A stretch of DNA of 64,000 bases from Bugula neritina. Its lineage: Eukaryota; Animalia; Bryozoa. A program made the position numbers and the translations under genes. Below are positions 13,202 through 24,711 of this stretch, one piece after another. The notes below the pieces were generated by a model. That model saw nothing but the letters and a program-made list of their open reading frames with translations. It was not told the DNA's origin and ran no database searches. The DNA lies in assembly GCA_964035545.1 (NCBI GenBank), contig OZ037767.1, positions 28,040,628-28,104,627 of the forward strand. The letters run 5' to 3'. Within the stretch, counting starts at the first letter, position 1; each line of letters begins with the position of its first letter.

Positions 13202-16200
13202 ATGAAAAGAACTCGAGGAAATTCAGAAACGGTAAGACTAAAATTTAAAATGTGTCAAACTTTAATTTGAAGTGTCTTCTGCCTGTATTTCTGTTGCAAA
13301 TTTATTATTTTCGATCTCTAAGACTAAAAAAAGTTTCAGTCTAAACTTGTCACAGAATATGCATAATTACAATATAAATCTGAATGCTAATGTCTATTAT
13401 GAAAATGACCTAATTAGAGATCTTCATTGTTATTTTAGCTCTTAATATATTCAGATAAATGATAGTCATAATAATATATGCAGCTAATGAAATCCAGGTA
13501 TATGTTTTATTTAGGCCCCCCCCCCACCGTCAGGTTTATTTATCAGATAATGAGCAGGTCTTCGATATTTTTGATACATTTTTTTGGACTGTAAAAAGCT
13601 TTCAATAGCTTGCAATTGTATTACTTTATATTGATTAGATATACAATACAGTAAGTCAAGTCAATTGTCTTCATGATCAATGATTAAATTTTATTAGGAA
13701 AGTGAACAGACAGAGGGGGATGCAGGGTTAGTAGCACCCACTGGTGCACAAGATGGGGGTGATGTTGGAATTGCTGCTGGCAAGAAAAATGGAGCTGGGT
13801 CTACAAGCTATACTGGAAAATTTTGTAAACCTGGCTACAAGTTTTCTGAGACCTTTAAGGTGAGTATTTTGTATAAGAAATATGCGGACATACCATACTT
13901 TAGACAAAGCCTTGTGTTAGAAATAACTGACAATTTTTCTCTATTCTTAGGAGGATCATGGTGACAATTTGTTTGCTATACAATTTCATCAGCAAAGCAA
14001 AGATCAGGCTATTTTCGCAACAGCTGGTGCCAACCGACTCTCTATTTACGAATGCCTTTATCCTACTGGTATGTTTTCCTTTAGCTCATTTAGTAGTGTT
14101 CATTCTACTCAAATGATGGTAAATAATAAGCAATCTTTATTAACCCTTACATCAATAGACCATATATGTCCCTCAAAGCGACACTATCCACAGATCAATG
14201 GACCATATATGGTCTTTTACGTATATAAACAACAGCGTATATAAACAATAGCGCTTACTTTAAACTTCCAGTTTTCAACCGGAAAGCCTAAAAGTTTTTG
14301 TAATTGATGTTGATGGTGCAGCTTAGTAATTTTGGGATAATTATAGCCATTAAATTTGATTAAATGAATAGCTACCAAGCCAGCTATTTGTTTTTTAATT
14401 TAATCCCTAAACTTCAAAATCATCGCTAAATTTTAACGCTACTTTCAAATGCAAGAAACTGCTGTCAAATTATATAGAGCCAGTTTAATTTATTCAGATT
14501 ACATTTAGAAGAACATATAAATAAGCAGAAATGTTAAAGTCACTATATTTTGAATCATATTATAAATTAATTTTATCATTTTGAATTTTCAATTTTAAAA
14601 TGGCGGTTTTGAGAGGTCAAATTAAAATGACGATTTTAGCTAGAATTAAGTTCTCCCGTCACTTTAAGAAGCTTTTTATAATAGAAAATACTCTTAAAAT
14701 TATACTACCCAGTTTATTTAAGGCCAAAATCAAGTGTAACTTTTTAATAATAAAATTGAAACTTGTGCAAAATCTGTTAGCAAATTTCGCGATAAACTCA
14801 AACGAGGCATAAAATTACGTAACTTCAAAGTTGATCGCGAAAGGGTTAAATCATTTGTGAAAATATTTTCTGGTATTACATGTAGATATGCTGTTGTGGA
14901 ACAAGATGCTATGATATACTTACAGGCATCAGGTTACTGAGAATGTACGCTGACCCTGCCGTAGATGAATGTTTTTACTCATTGGCCTGGTCTTACTATG
15001 ACGGGTGTATACCTGTGGTTGCTGTTGCTGGCAAAAATGCAATAATTAGACTGATATATCCGACCAATCCAGGGTACAGTTCAGATGAGCTTGTAAGTTG
15101 TCTTTACTCATTCTTTCATACAGTGTAGTCTTTGCAATATCATTTGCCATGATGTTTGTTTGTTTGTTTGGTTTATTTCATCAAAGGTATTTAATAACAC
15201 AAGGACATTAGAAAATGCCAAGGAGGCGATGATGAGGCCCATTGCGCTATAGCCTAGCTAGTCATGCGCGGGCCAACACGAGCTGACAGCGACTCTATCC
15301 AGAAAAATACAAAAAAAAAAAAAATACAACTATTGTCTAGTTAAGCTTTAGGTCTATTATGATAAAACATACCATGTGACTAGTTATGTGTACTTGTTAT
15401 ATGCACTTGTGTTGAAAAATAATGTTTAACTGTCATGTGCTCATTTTCTATATGTGCCGTGTTTAAATGAATTGAAAATCTATCATTATAGTCATACACT
15501 GGACATGGCCATGCGATCAATCATCTAACATTCAATCATACCAAGCCTCACATTCTTCTCTCTGCCAGTAAAGATCACGATATGAGACTATGGAATATTA
15601 GGACACACACTTGTCTCGCTATATTAGGCGGAGTGGAAGGTCACACGGATGAAGTTCTTTATGCTGTGAGTTCAACAAACCATGTGCTCTTCTGCAGTCT
15701 CTATTCAAGTATGTCTCTTGTATTGCATCACACGACTAACATAGGACAGCCATCACTGGACAAATGGTACAGTCATATTGCATAATACAAACAACATGTG
15801 ATTTCGAAAATTCTCTACACATTATTTCCATGTCCTTTAGTCAATACTGCATAGTTATTAGTGAACAGTCACTACTGTCTAGTCACTACTGTATAGTCAC
15901 TATTGTATAGTCACACTACTGTCTAGTCACTACTGTATAGTCACACTACTGCCTAGTCACACTACTGTATAGTCACTACTCTATAGTCACACTACTGTCT
16001 AGTCACTACTCTATAGTCACACTACTCTGTAGTCACACTACTGTATAGTCACTACTGTCTAGTCACTACTGTATAGTCACACTACTGTATAGTCACACTA
16101 CTCTATAGTCACTACTCTATAGTCACACTATTGTATAGTCACACTACTGTCTAGTCACACTACTGTCTAGTCACACTACTGTCTAGTCACTCTACTGTCT

Positions 16201-18334
16201 GGTCACTACTGCATAGCCACACTACTGTATATAGCCACACTACTGCTTAGTCACTGCTACCAGCCATCACTTCCAAACCTAATTGGTTTCAAGATTTTTG
16301 CTATTTATTTATTTTCAGTGCTTACTAAGTAATCATAACATGAATTACTAGCAAAGGATTGTATTTTAATTTCTAAAGGACTACTGGTCTCCTACCAGAT
16401 GCTGAATAAACTATTGTCTTTCAATAGAGTGGGAGCCTTATGTTGTCTATTGTATTAGATTCACTAAGTATAGCAACCATCTGGTGTAATGAAAAGAAGT
16501 TACACTTCTTATGTTCATTCGTTCATAGTTTAATGCATCCTATCCATCATTGTGGTAACATTGTTCCAGAGAGACTATGCTAAATCTGTTGTTTAGTTTA
16601 CATAAAGCTTTATCTCATCTCTACATGCCGTGGTAGGAATTTAGTCTGGATGGCAACAGGATTGTATCATGTGCAATGGACCATTACTTGAAACTGTGGA
16701 ATTTAGACAAGCCCAAGATGAAGGCAGCTATAGAGAATTCCTCTAAACATAGTCACAAGTCCAAAGTGTATGTCTTCTTACCTTCTGCTATTTTATGAGG
16801 TAGCTTGTGTTCTAGATTAAAAATGTAGCAAAAAAGTTAGGTTTTCGGAAAGGTTTCAACTTACGCCCCAAACCAAAATCTATAAAAAAAATTGAAGAAC
16901 TTAAGCTTTTCTCAATTTCTCCACTACTGCAGCTAAATGCATTTTATCTGTGTAATTAATATACTCAGACTGTGAAGTCTTTTGATTTTTTGTCACTGAA
17001 AGAGTCGAATTTATATTGCAGGTCTTTCCCGGTTCATAGAGATCATTTCCCAGTATTTTCTACACGTGACATTCACAACAATTACATCGATTGTGTCTTG
17101 GATTTTGGGAAGTTTATCATCTCCAAATCTTGTGAGAATGAGGTGGTTATTTGGAAGCCAGGACCTAGTGGTGTACAGGTAAGTTTACTGCTGTCTACCT
17201 ATATCTCATTGTGCAACCTATAGACATACTATGTGTTTGCATAATACATGTGCCCTCCTATAGAGACTTTTTTGCCGTACTGCATATCAAAGTCTGGTGA
17301 GGTTTTTGTATTGTATACTCTGTTTCCTTTATACAATTGGTATTTTCTTGATATTTTCAGCCCAAATCAAGCAGCAAGAACTGCGTAACTGTTGTAACTC
17401 GACTACCTGTAAAAAATGCTGATATCTGGTTTCTGAGAATCAGTCTAGATCGCATGAAGAAGAATATGGCACTTGGAAATCTTATCGGGAAAATATACCT
17501 GTGGGACTTGGATGTAGATGATCACAGAAAGATAAGGTAAGTCTCATTTGTGTTTAACTCTTTCAGTATTTCGTTTTGTATATAAGATAAGTTTTGTTGC
17601 GTTACTAATAACTTTTATGTAATGATAGTACTGCAGAATATTGTATTCTATTCTAAAAATAATTACATGGCGCTGCATTAAAACTAGTACAAAGGAATAA
17701 AATCTGCATATTTAATCATGGTGACATAACCATATTACTTATTTCCCAAATGTTATCTTGGTTTTTGATAGACTGGTTTTCCAAATTTTGAAATATTAGT
17801 TGAGATTTTTTTTTATAAAACCATTACTATGCGCTGGTTATACACTAGTTATACTTACATAAATAAAGAGTTATAAATCCTACTTTGTGTTTCATTTAGC
17901 CGTAAGATACTTCTCATCTGTGAAGTTCTTCCCCTGAAAACAGGCCAATTTATATAAAATTTTATATGTATTTTTCAACTGTTCATAATGGAGAAATATG
18001 TGTAAAAATGGTGAAAAAATTTGATTAGTCCAAATCTTAAACCTTAACTTTCATTACTGTTAAATGTTACTCAACTCATTTGAATAAATGGAATGATAAT
18101 TAAACTAGAGAAAATGTATGAGCCATAAATATGTGTTTTCTCTCTGCATGCTCTAGCTAGTTGTCTACTGAGGTCTTCTGCTTTTGCAGGCCGTCTATAC
18201 TGCAGCACCCAGCTTGTACCACTGCTGTTAGACAGACCTCATTCAGTCCTGACAGTAAGACCTTAATAGCCTGCTGTGATGATGGAACTGTATGGAGATG
18301 GGACCTCATTCAATCAGCTAAAGCCGACCCCTAG
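13202..18334 (+). CDS. EED: Polycomb EED/esc, copy 1 (closer to canonical), 9 coding exons, 419 aa
   Basis: join 13202-13231, 13698-13859, 13951-14068, 14926-15092, 15492-15665, 16637-16767, 17022-17178, 17361-17536, 18190-18334. Motifs: [79 protein letters not shown]. Cage positions are F/Y/W/F. The first exon is the least certain. Confidence 0.93.
14144..14845. mobile_element. Non-autonomous piggyBac-like element in EED copy 1 intron 3
   Basis: TTAA|CCCTT (14140-14148) and AAGGG|TTAA (14841-14849); internal GACCATATATG repeats. The paralogous intron of copy 2 is 137 bp against 857 bp here. Confidence 0.7.
15149..15334 (-). mobile_element. 3'-UTR-only copy of the same LINE in EED copy 1 intron 4
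   Basis: Matches 49899-50073 except for one extra TTTG unit and a longer A run; ends 2 nt past the ORF2 stop codon. Confidence 0.95.
15865..16260. repeat. 16-18 bp minisatellite (ACTACTGTATAGTCAC-like) in EED copy 1 intron 5
   Basis: Direct tandem units visible. Confidence 0.9.
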
Positions 18335-19053
18335 ACACTTGGGTAACTAGTGTACAGCAGCTCCATGGCTATTCTAGAGTGCATTACGTCTTGTTGTTAT
18401 TGTTTTGTTGACGTAAACTGACTCTAGGTATTATATGCACTAACCTCATGACTCTTTTATTAGTCTAGCATTATATTGCTGGATTAACTGTTTACATGTT
18501 TACACAATTTGTTCTCACCATCTTTGCTGTAAAATTCTTTCTTTAGTACTGTTGATAATATATTAACTTCTCTCTGTTGTTTATACCAAATAAATGGAAA
18601 TTTAAAACTGGTTAACTTCTGCACCCTTATTGTTTTACATACCTCTCATACCAACTCTATCCTCTCAGAATAGTTTTACATGTTTTCTGATCAAGTTTGA
18701 CTGGTCCTTCCGATCCATTCATTCATAGATAGAATATGTCTAAAATTCACGGAAGTCTCGTCCTCATGAGTATCAGTTCCATGGTACTCGGGCTTTAATG
18801 TTACGTAGCAAAATTAGATGTGCTGTATTTTAAGTTTTAGCCAAATCTCAATAGAAATAGCTCTAATCTAACTTGCATGGCTTCGATAAACAGCTTGTTA
18901 TGTGGCTGTATTTTGATCTCTATTAAAAAGCAGTTTTTGTTTATAAGCTGCTATATGTGTATTGAGTATTAGAAAAGCTGAAACCCATTTGAGTTTGAGA
19001 TGTTGGCAAGTTTCTACTGACCATTCACTAGACTTCACCTGTATCGAGTAGAA

Positions 19054-22000
19054 ATGGTGAGTGTATAGATCATATTTTCACTTTCTAGTTACTAGTAGGT
19101 AACTTGATATTTTATACAGTTCTCACATAATCTATTGATTATTCACTAGACTTCACCTGCATTAATTATTTTTTGTCGCTTGATTTAATGGCTAACTTTA
19201 AAATTTAAAAACTTTGAAAATATTTCCCTAATTTTTTTATATGAGCAGCTCCTTAACTTGCCTCTATCACATCAATATTATAATTTACATATCTTACATC
19301 ATACATTTCAAAAATGGTTTTTCAAAGTGATTGTAGGCCTATCATGTGTGTAAACTTGCCGCATTGTTCTACAATCTATGTAAATTGGTAATATGGGAAT
19401 ATTTGTAGCTCATTATCACGTAGTTTTGTAATTTACTTTTGCTTTTAGGAAGAGGAAGTACAAGGCGCAACAGCCGCTTCACCAGAAGCTGTGCCAGAGG
19501 TGAGAGAGTTTCTCTACTTTTAGTTCTATTACCTTTTTGGATCTTAAATATTTTTACCCCCTAACTTATAATTACAATGTGTGTTGCTTATATCTTTCCA
19601 AGTCATCAACAGTTTGTCCTCTTGAAAGATTCTTCAAAGAACAGAGCAGCATATACAAGTATGCATACCGGCAGATAGTCTGACGTTTGCCGTCTCTTTT
19701 TTAGGATGTGGGCATTGAAAATCTAGTGACCAGTCTGACCAGGGATTTCACTCGAGTTTCAGTAACAGACCCTGAGTCTGTAAGTCCTACAATACTTAAA
19801 TTTTTGCATAACTTTTGTGACACAATTACTGTAATGCTTAGTATAACCTCTGTACTGACAGCAAATACTCTGTTACTTTGCAGGAGTCTGAAACTTCAAG
19901 TACTCAGGGCTTGTCACCTGAAAACAGAGAAATGCCAGCTGAGACACCTGGTGCCAGTAAAAGATCCCATCAGACCTGTCATAAATACAGCAGTTCCATA
20001 CCCAACAGCAGATACTCTGATATTACTGTAAGTTGGCTCATAGAATGAAGATTGTAAGATACGTTAATAAAACACAGTTCAAGTAATGACAGCAATAATT
20101 TTTTTGCATGTGAAAAATATTTATAGTTGTTTGTAAGATATATTTTGAATTTAATTATTGTTTATTAAGTGTTACTGCTAACAAATATTCTGTTACTTTG
20201 CAGGCGTCTGAAACGTCAAGTACTCAGGGCTTGTCACCTGAAAACAGAGAAATGCCAGCTAAGAGACCTGGTGCCAGTAAAAGATCCCATCAGACCTGTC
20301 ATAAATACAGCAGTTCCATACCCAACAGCAAATACTCTGATATTACTGTAAGTTGGATCATATAATGAAGATTATAAGATTTGTTACAGCTCAAGTAATG
20401 ACAAACAAGAATTTGTTTTCATGTGAAAAGATACTTATAGTTGTTTGTAAGATATATTTTGACTTTAACTATAGTTTATTAGGTTGCATAAATGATTAAC
20501 TTGTATTAATATATGCATGTATGTATTACCATAAAATTTCAAATATAAGAGTGTATTTACATAAACTTCCAGCTTTATCTTTTGCAGCTGTATTTAAAAG
20601 TCAGCATTTTTAAATTTGAGAGCAAAATTGCAAATCAAACTAAAAGTTGCTGCCCTACCTTTGTTTTTTACAAGACATGATAAAGATTATGATGCATGAA
20701 AAGTGTTTCATTCAAAGTCACAAAATCGTCGTCTGCTTCTAAAAACAGTGCTAACCCTGACAAGAGTAAATGCGACCTTGCCTTGTATATTTTATGTTTT
20801 TACAGGACGATGATGACCTAGAGAGAAGTATTTTACCTAAAATCGAAAAGATTTCTTCTGTAAGTGATACTATTGATCTTTCAACTGGTATCAGCTTAAG
20901 TAATACCGAATCCGATCAAAAAAATGTAAGTATCGCAAAACAATAATATTAAGTTAATGTTCATTAGGTTATTGGTAATCTGTTTTGACAATGAATTAAT
21001 ATGTTTCACTCAGGCATTAAGCGAATTGTTAATATTGTGAATATAAGTTATTCCAAGCACTCTTAAATATGGCCAACTCAGTATTACCACAACTCTTACT
21101 GAGAAATAAGTCAGTTGCAGTCTCAATGTTTTCTCTGATTCTGGTTGTATCAATAAAATCTGTTGACTATTCACAAGAAGGAAATTGCTGAAAAGTGTGC
21201 AGATCTGACTGCCTTGTCTCCAGCTTCTATAACAACTGTGTGTGTCTTTTAAATCTACATTTCAAAACCACGAGAAATTTGTTCAAAAACTAGAGTGGCA
21301 CAATGAGTAATTTTGTGTTTAAAAAACCTTGCATGTTTATGGTCTGTTCAGTATATTAGTTTATTTTATTTTTGTCATATTATGTTTTAATGTTCCCCTC
21401 AATAATAAGTATTATTGAGAGGAACATGATATGACAAAATTCTACTAAATGCTAGTACTAGTACTTTATTTTGATTAGCCATACAACGCACTTTTGACTT
21501 TGTGGTGAATAACTTTATGTTTTATTAGAAAAGGGAACGTGCAAAAGCAGCAACTGTGTCATCCGCGTCGCTCGCTGCTCTAGATGAAGCTGACGCTGGA
21601 GCGTGCAGACGCAGGAGAATCGAAGCCTGGTCTTCGAGCATCTCAGAAGATGTTTGTGACCCCCGCTATGAATTTTCTGGTACCTTAAAAGTGAGTAAAT
21701 TGGGTAAAAAATATGTGAACATATCATATTTTGAATAACCTTTTATGCTGAAATATACTGGCTACGTTTTTCTAATTATAGGAAGATCATGGTGGCAATT
21801 TGTTTGCTATACAGTTTCATCAGCAAAACAAAAATCAGGCTATTTTCGCAACAGCTGGTGCCAATCGACTCTCTATTTATGAATGCCTTTATCCTACTGG
21901 TATGTTTTCCTTTAGCTCATTTAGTAGTGTTCATTCTACTCGACACATAAAAAACTGATATCTGCTTAATTTATTTTTCTGTTGTATAATATGTAGATAT

Positions 22001-24711
22001 GCTGTTGTGGAATGAAATGCTATGACATACTTACAGGCATCAAGTTACTGAGAATGTACGCTGACTCTGAAAATGAAAGCTTTTACTCATTGGCTTGGTC
22101 TTACACTTCGGAAGGTATACCTGTGGTTGCTGTTGCTGGCAAAAATGCAATAATTAGACTGATATATCCGACCAATCCAGGGTACAGTTCAGATAAGACC
22201 GTAAGTTGTCTTCTTTACTCATTACTTAATGGTAAAGTGTTTCATCATCATGCTTGTTCAAGTTTAGCCCAACTTAATGTGAGTGAGTGTGATATAAGAC
22301 CATCATCTGTGAGTGAGTGTGATATAATGCATTATTTAACAGTTATAATTTGACTGAATAAATAACGTGATAATTGTACGCATACATGTACAATTTCAAA
22401 GTGATTTCATATACTCACATTCTATTTGCTCTGCGTTTTTATCATTTAGATATTTATTATTACAGTCATACACTGGACATGGCTACGCTATCCATCATCT
22501 AACATTCTGCGGAACTAAGCCTTACCTTCTTCTCTCTGCCAGTAGAGATCACGATATGAGACTATGGAACATTGAAACACACATTTGTCTCGCTATATTA
22601 GGTGGGGTCAAAGGTCACCAAGCTCAAGCTCTGTATGCTGTGAGTTGAACAAAACATGAGTTCTTTTACAGTTTCTATTCACAACTGAATGTGTAGTTTC
22701 ACATTACTCTGATAATAGCAATTATTAACATGATTTCACTGAGAACTTTAGTTTATGTTATAGTATACCCATAGCATTATATATACATCTAAATCTCAAC
22801 ATACTAATTTAGCATGTATGACATGTTAGGTATTGCATCTATATCTTCACCAAGTAACTCTTTCATTTTTAATTAGGAGTTTAATCTGGATGGAAGCAGG
22901 ATTGTATCATGTGGCAAGGATCATTCTCTCAAGCTGTGGAATCTAGACAAACCCAAAATGCAAGAAGCTATAGAAAATTCCTCCAAGTATAGTTACAAGT
23001 CCCAAAAGTAGGCTTCATCTTCTGCTTTTTACATATGAGAATAGAATTTGAAAAAGTTCACATCTAAACAATCAAATATTTGTTTGTGACAATGTCACAA
23101 CTATATTTTTTAGTTAATGACCACCTATAATCTATATATAATATCCAAGTATTTCCCAATACTTTTCCTTAATTGGAATTTTCTGCTACATGTGAACTTT
23201 TTTAAATATAATATCTTGATTAGTTTGATCATACTCCTTCTTTAATTTAATCTAGAGTGTAACTTAGTCCAGCACACCATAAATGGGATATTTTATACTC
23301 TTTATTTTGGGGTTTGCAGGTCCTTTCCAATTTATAGAGATCATAATCCAGTATTTTCTACAATTGAAATTCACCAAACCTATGCCGATTGCGTCTTGGA
23401 TTTTGGAAAGTTTATCATCTCCAAATCTTGTGAGAATGAGGTGGTTATTTGGAGGCCTGGACATGATGGCTTAGTGGTTAGTTTCATTACGTCTATAATG
23501 CGTGCGCACATGTAGTCTACATATTCCTACATGCTATGCATTTTTATTACGACCAGTAAATTTTCTTTAAATTACCAGGCCAGATCAAGCAAAAAGAACC
23601 CTGTAACTGTTGTAACTCGACTACCTGTAAGAAATGCTGACATACACTTTCTGAGGGTCAGTCTAGATCGCATGAAGAAGAATATGGCACTTGGAAATCG
23701 GATTGGCAAAATATACCTGTGGGACTTGGATGTAGATGATCACAGGAAGATAAAGTAAGGCTCATTTATGTTCAGAGCAGGGTGTGTTGAGTTACAATGA
23801 GATATGTCTGTACTGCTGTAAATGATATATATATGTATCCCTAACAAGCTCATAGCGTATATTTTCATAGTTTTACTGCTAAAATTAAAGATTTTACTAA
23901 ATAAATAAATTTTCTAAAATATCGGTTCTGCAAAAGCCAAATTGAGACTTGATTTTATCAATTTCTTATTTATAAGAATGGTGTAAGATTTTTACAAGAA
24001 GTAATAAATAATACTTACTTAACGTATTTATTGATTTTGTAGACTAATTTTAGTACAGCTACATATGTATCAGAAATGTTTAAAGTTGCAGAATACACTA
24101 CATACAGGGTTATAGAATGAAAACAACTTCATCAATTCTAAGTCCTATGACAGGGCTTTTCCCTTTTACAGGCTATTAAATATTTTTCTGATTGTTTTAA
24201 CATTGGCTGAGCATGAAAGCCGAGAAATGTGATACGATAATCTTGGCACATGGACTGTAACATTATTCACAAATGGAATTGATAGAAACAGAATTAAAGA
24301 TGATATATTATATCTTTTGCCTACAATTATATGCAAATGATAATGAAAAGTATAAATGAATAAAAGATCTAAAAATCATTGCACATTTCATCAATTATAG
24401 AATTTTATAACTTAATGTGCACTGGATACATCAAAATATGCTTTTTCTTTCCCATATGCATTTTTTACACTGGAGAAAAATAAAGGAACCTACCATAAAT
24501 TTTAGCTTTAGAAATTATAGTTTCCATGCACAGGTTACTGTCACAGGATTTCTTCTGCTTTTGCAGGCCGTCTATACTGCAGCACCCAGCTTGTACCACA
24601 GCTGTTAGACAGACCTCATTCAGTCCTGACAGTAAGACCTTAATAGCCTGCTGTGATGATGGAACTGTATGGAGATGGGACCTCATTCAATCAGCTAAAG
24701 CCGACCCCTAG
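19054..24711 (+). CDS. EED: EED/esc-like tandem paralog (copy 2) with extended N-terminus and altered top face, about 587 aa
   Basis: Exons 21529-21690, 21782-21899, 22037-22200, 22466-22639, 22877-23007, 23320-23476, 23579-23754 and 24567-24711 match copy 1 in phase and length, apart from one in-frame 3-nt deletion; no stops. Predicted upstream phase-0 exons, lower confidence: 19054-19056 (ATG), 19449-19499, 19705-19779, 19884-20027, 20204-20347, 20806-20925 and possibly 21181-21237. Confidence 0.88.
19840..20480 (+). repeat. 320-bp tandem duplication, each unit holding a 144-nt phase-0 exon
   Basis: 19884-20027 and 20204-20347 are nearly identical, and the flanking intron sequence is also similar. 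Confidence 0.93.

Noticed and set aside
14597-14606. YY1/Pho motif AAAATGGCGG in an EED intron (possible Polycomb autoregulation)
   Set aside because: A single short motif inside the transposon-like insert, with no clustering.
15865-16260. Regular short repeats resembling a CRISPR array
   Set aside because: Head-to-tail units without unique spacers, inside a eukaryotic intron, with no cas genes.
19708-20351. ORF-track peptides such as LKLQVLRACHLKTEKC
   Set aside because: Wrong frame; the splice phases indicate the ESETSSTQGLSPENRE frame.
23283-23474. The ORF track shows a non-EED peptide here, which could suggest a frameshifted pseudo-exon in copy 2
   Set aside because: The exon 23320-23476 is open in another frame (SFPIYRDHNPVFSTIEIHQTYADC...) with the correct phases; there is no frameshift.
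13202-24711. The EED duplication as a haplotype assembly artefact
   Set aside because: Central exons show heavy synonymous divergence, most introns are not alignable and the 5' structures differ, which is too divergent for alleles.
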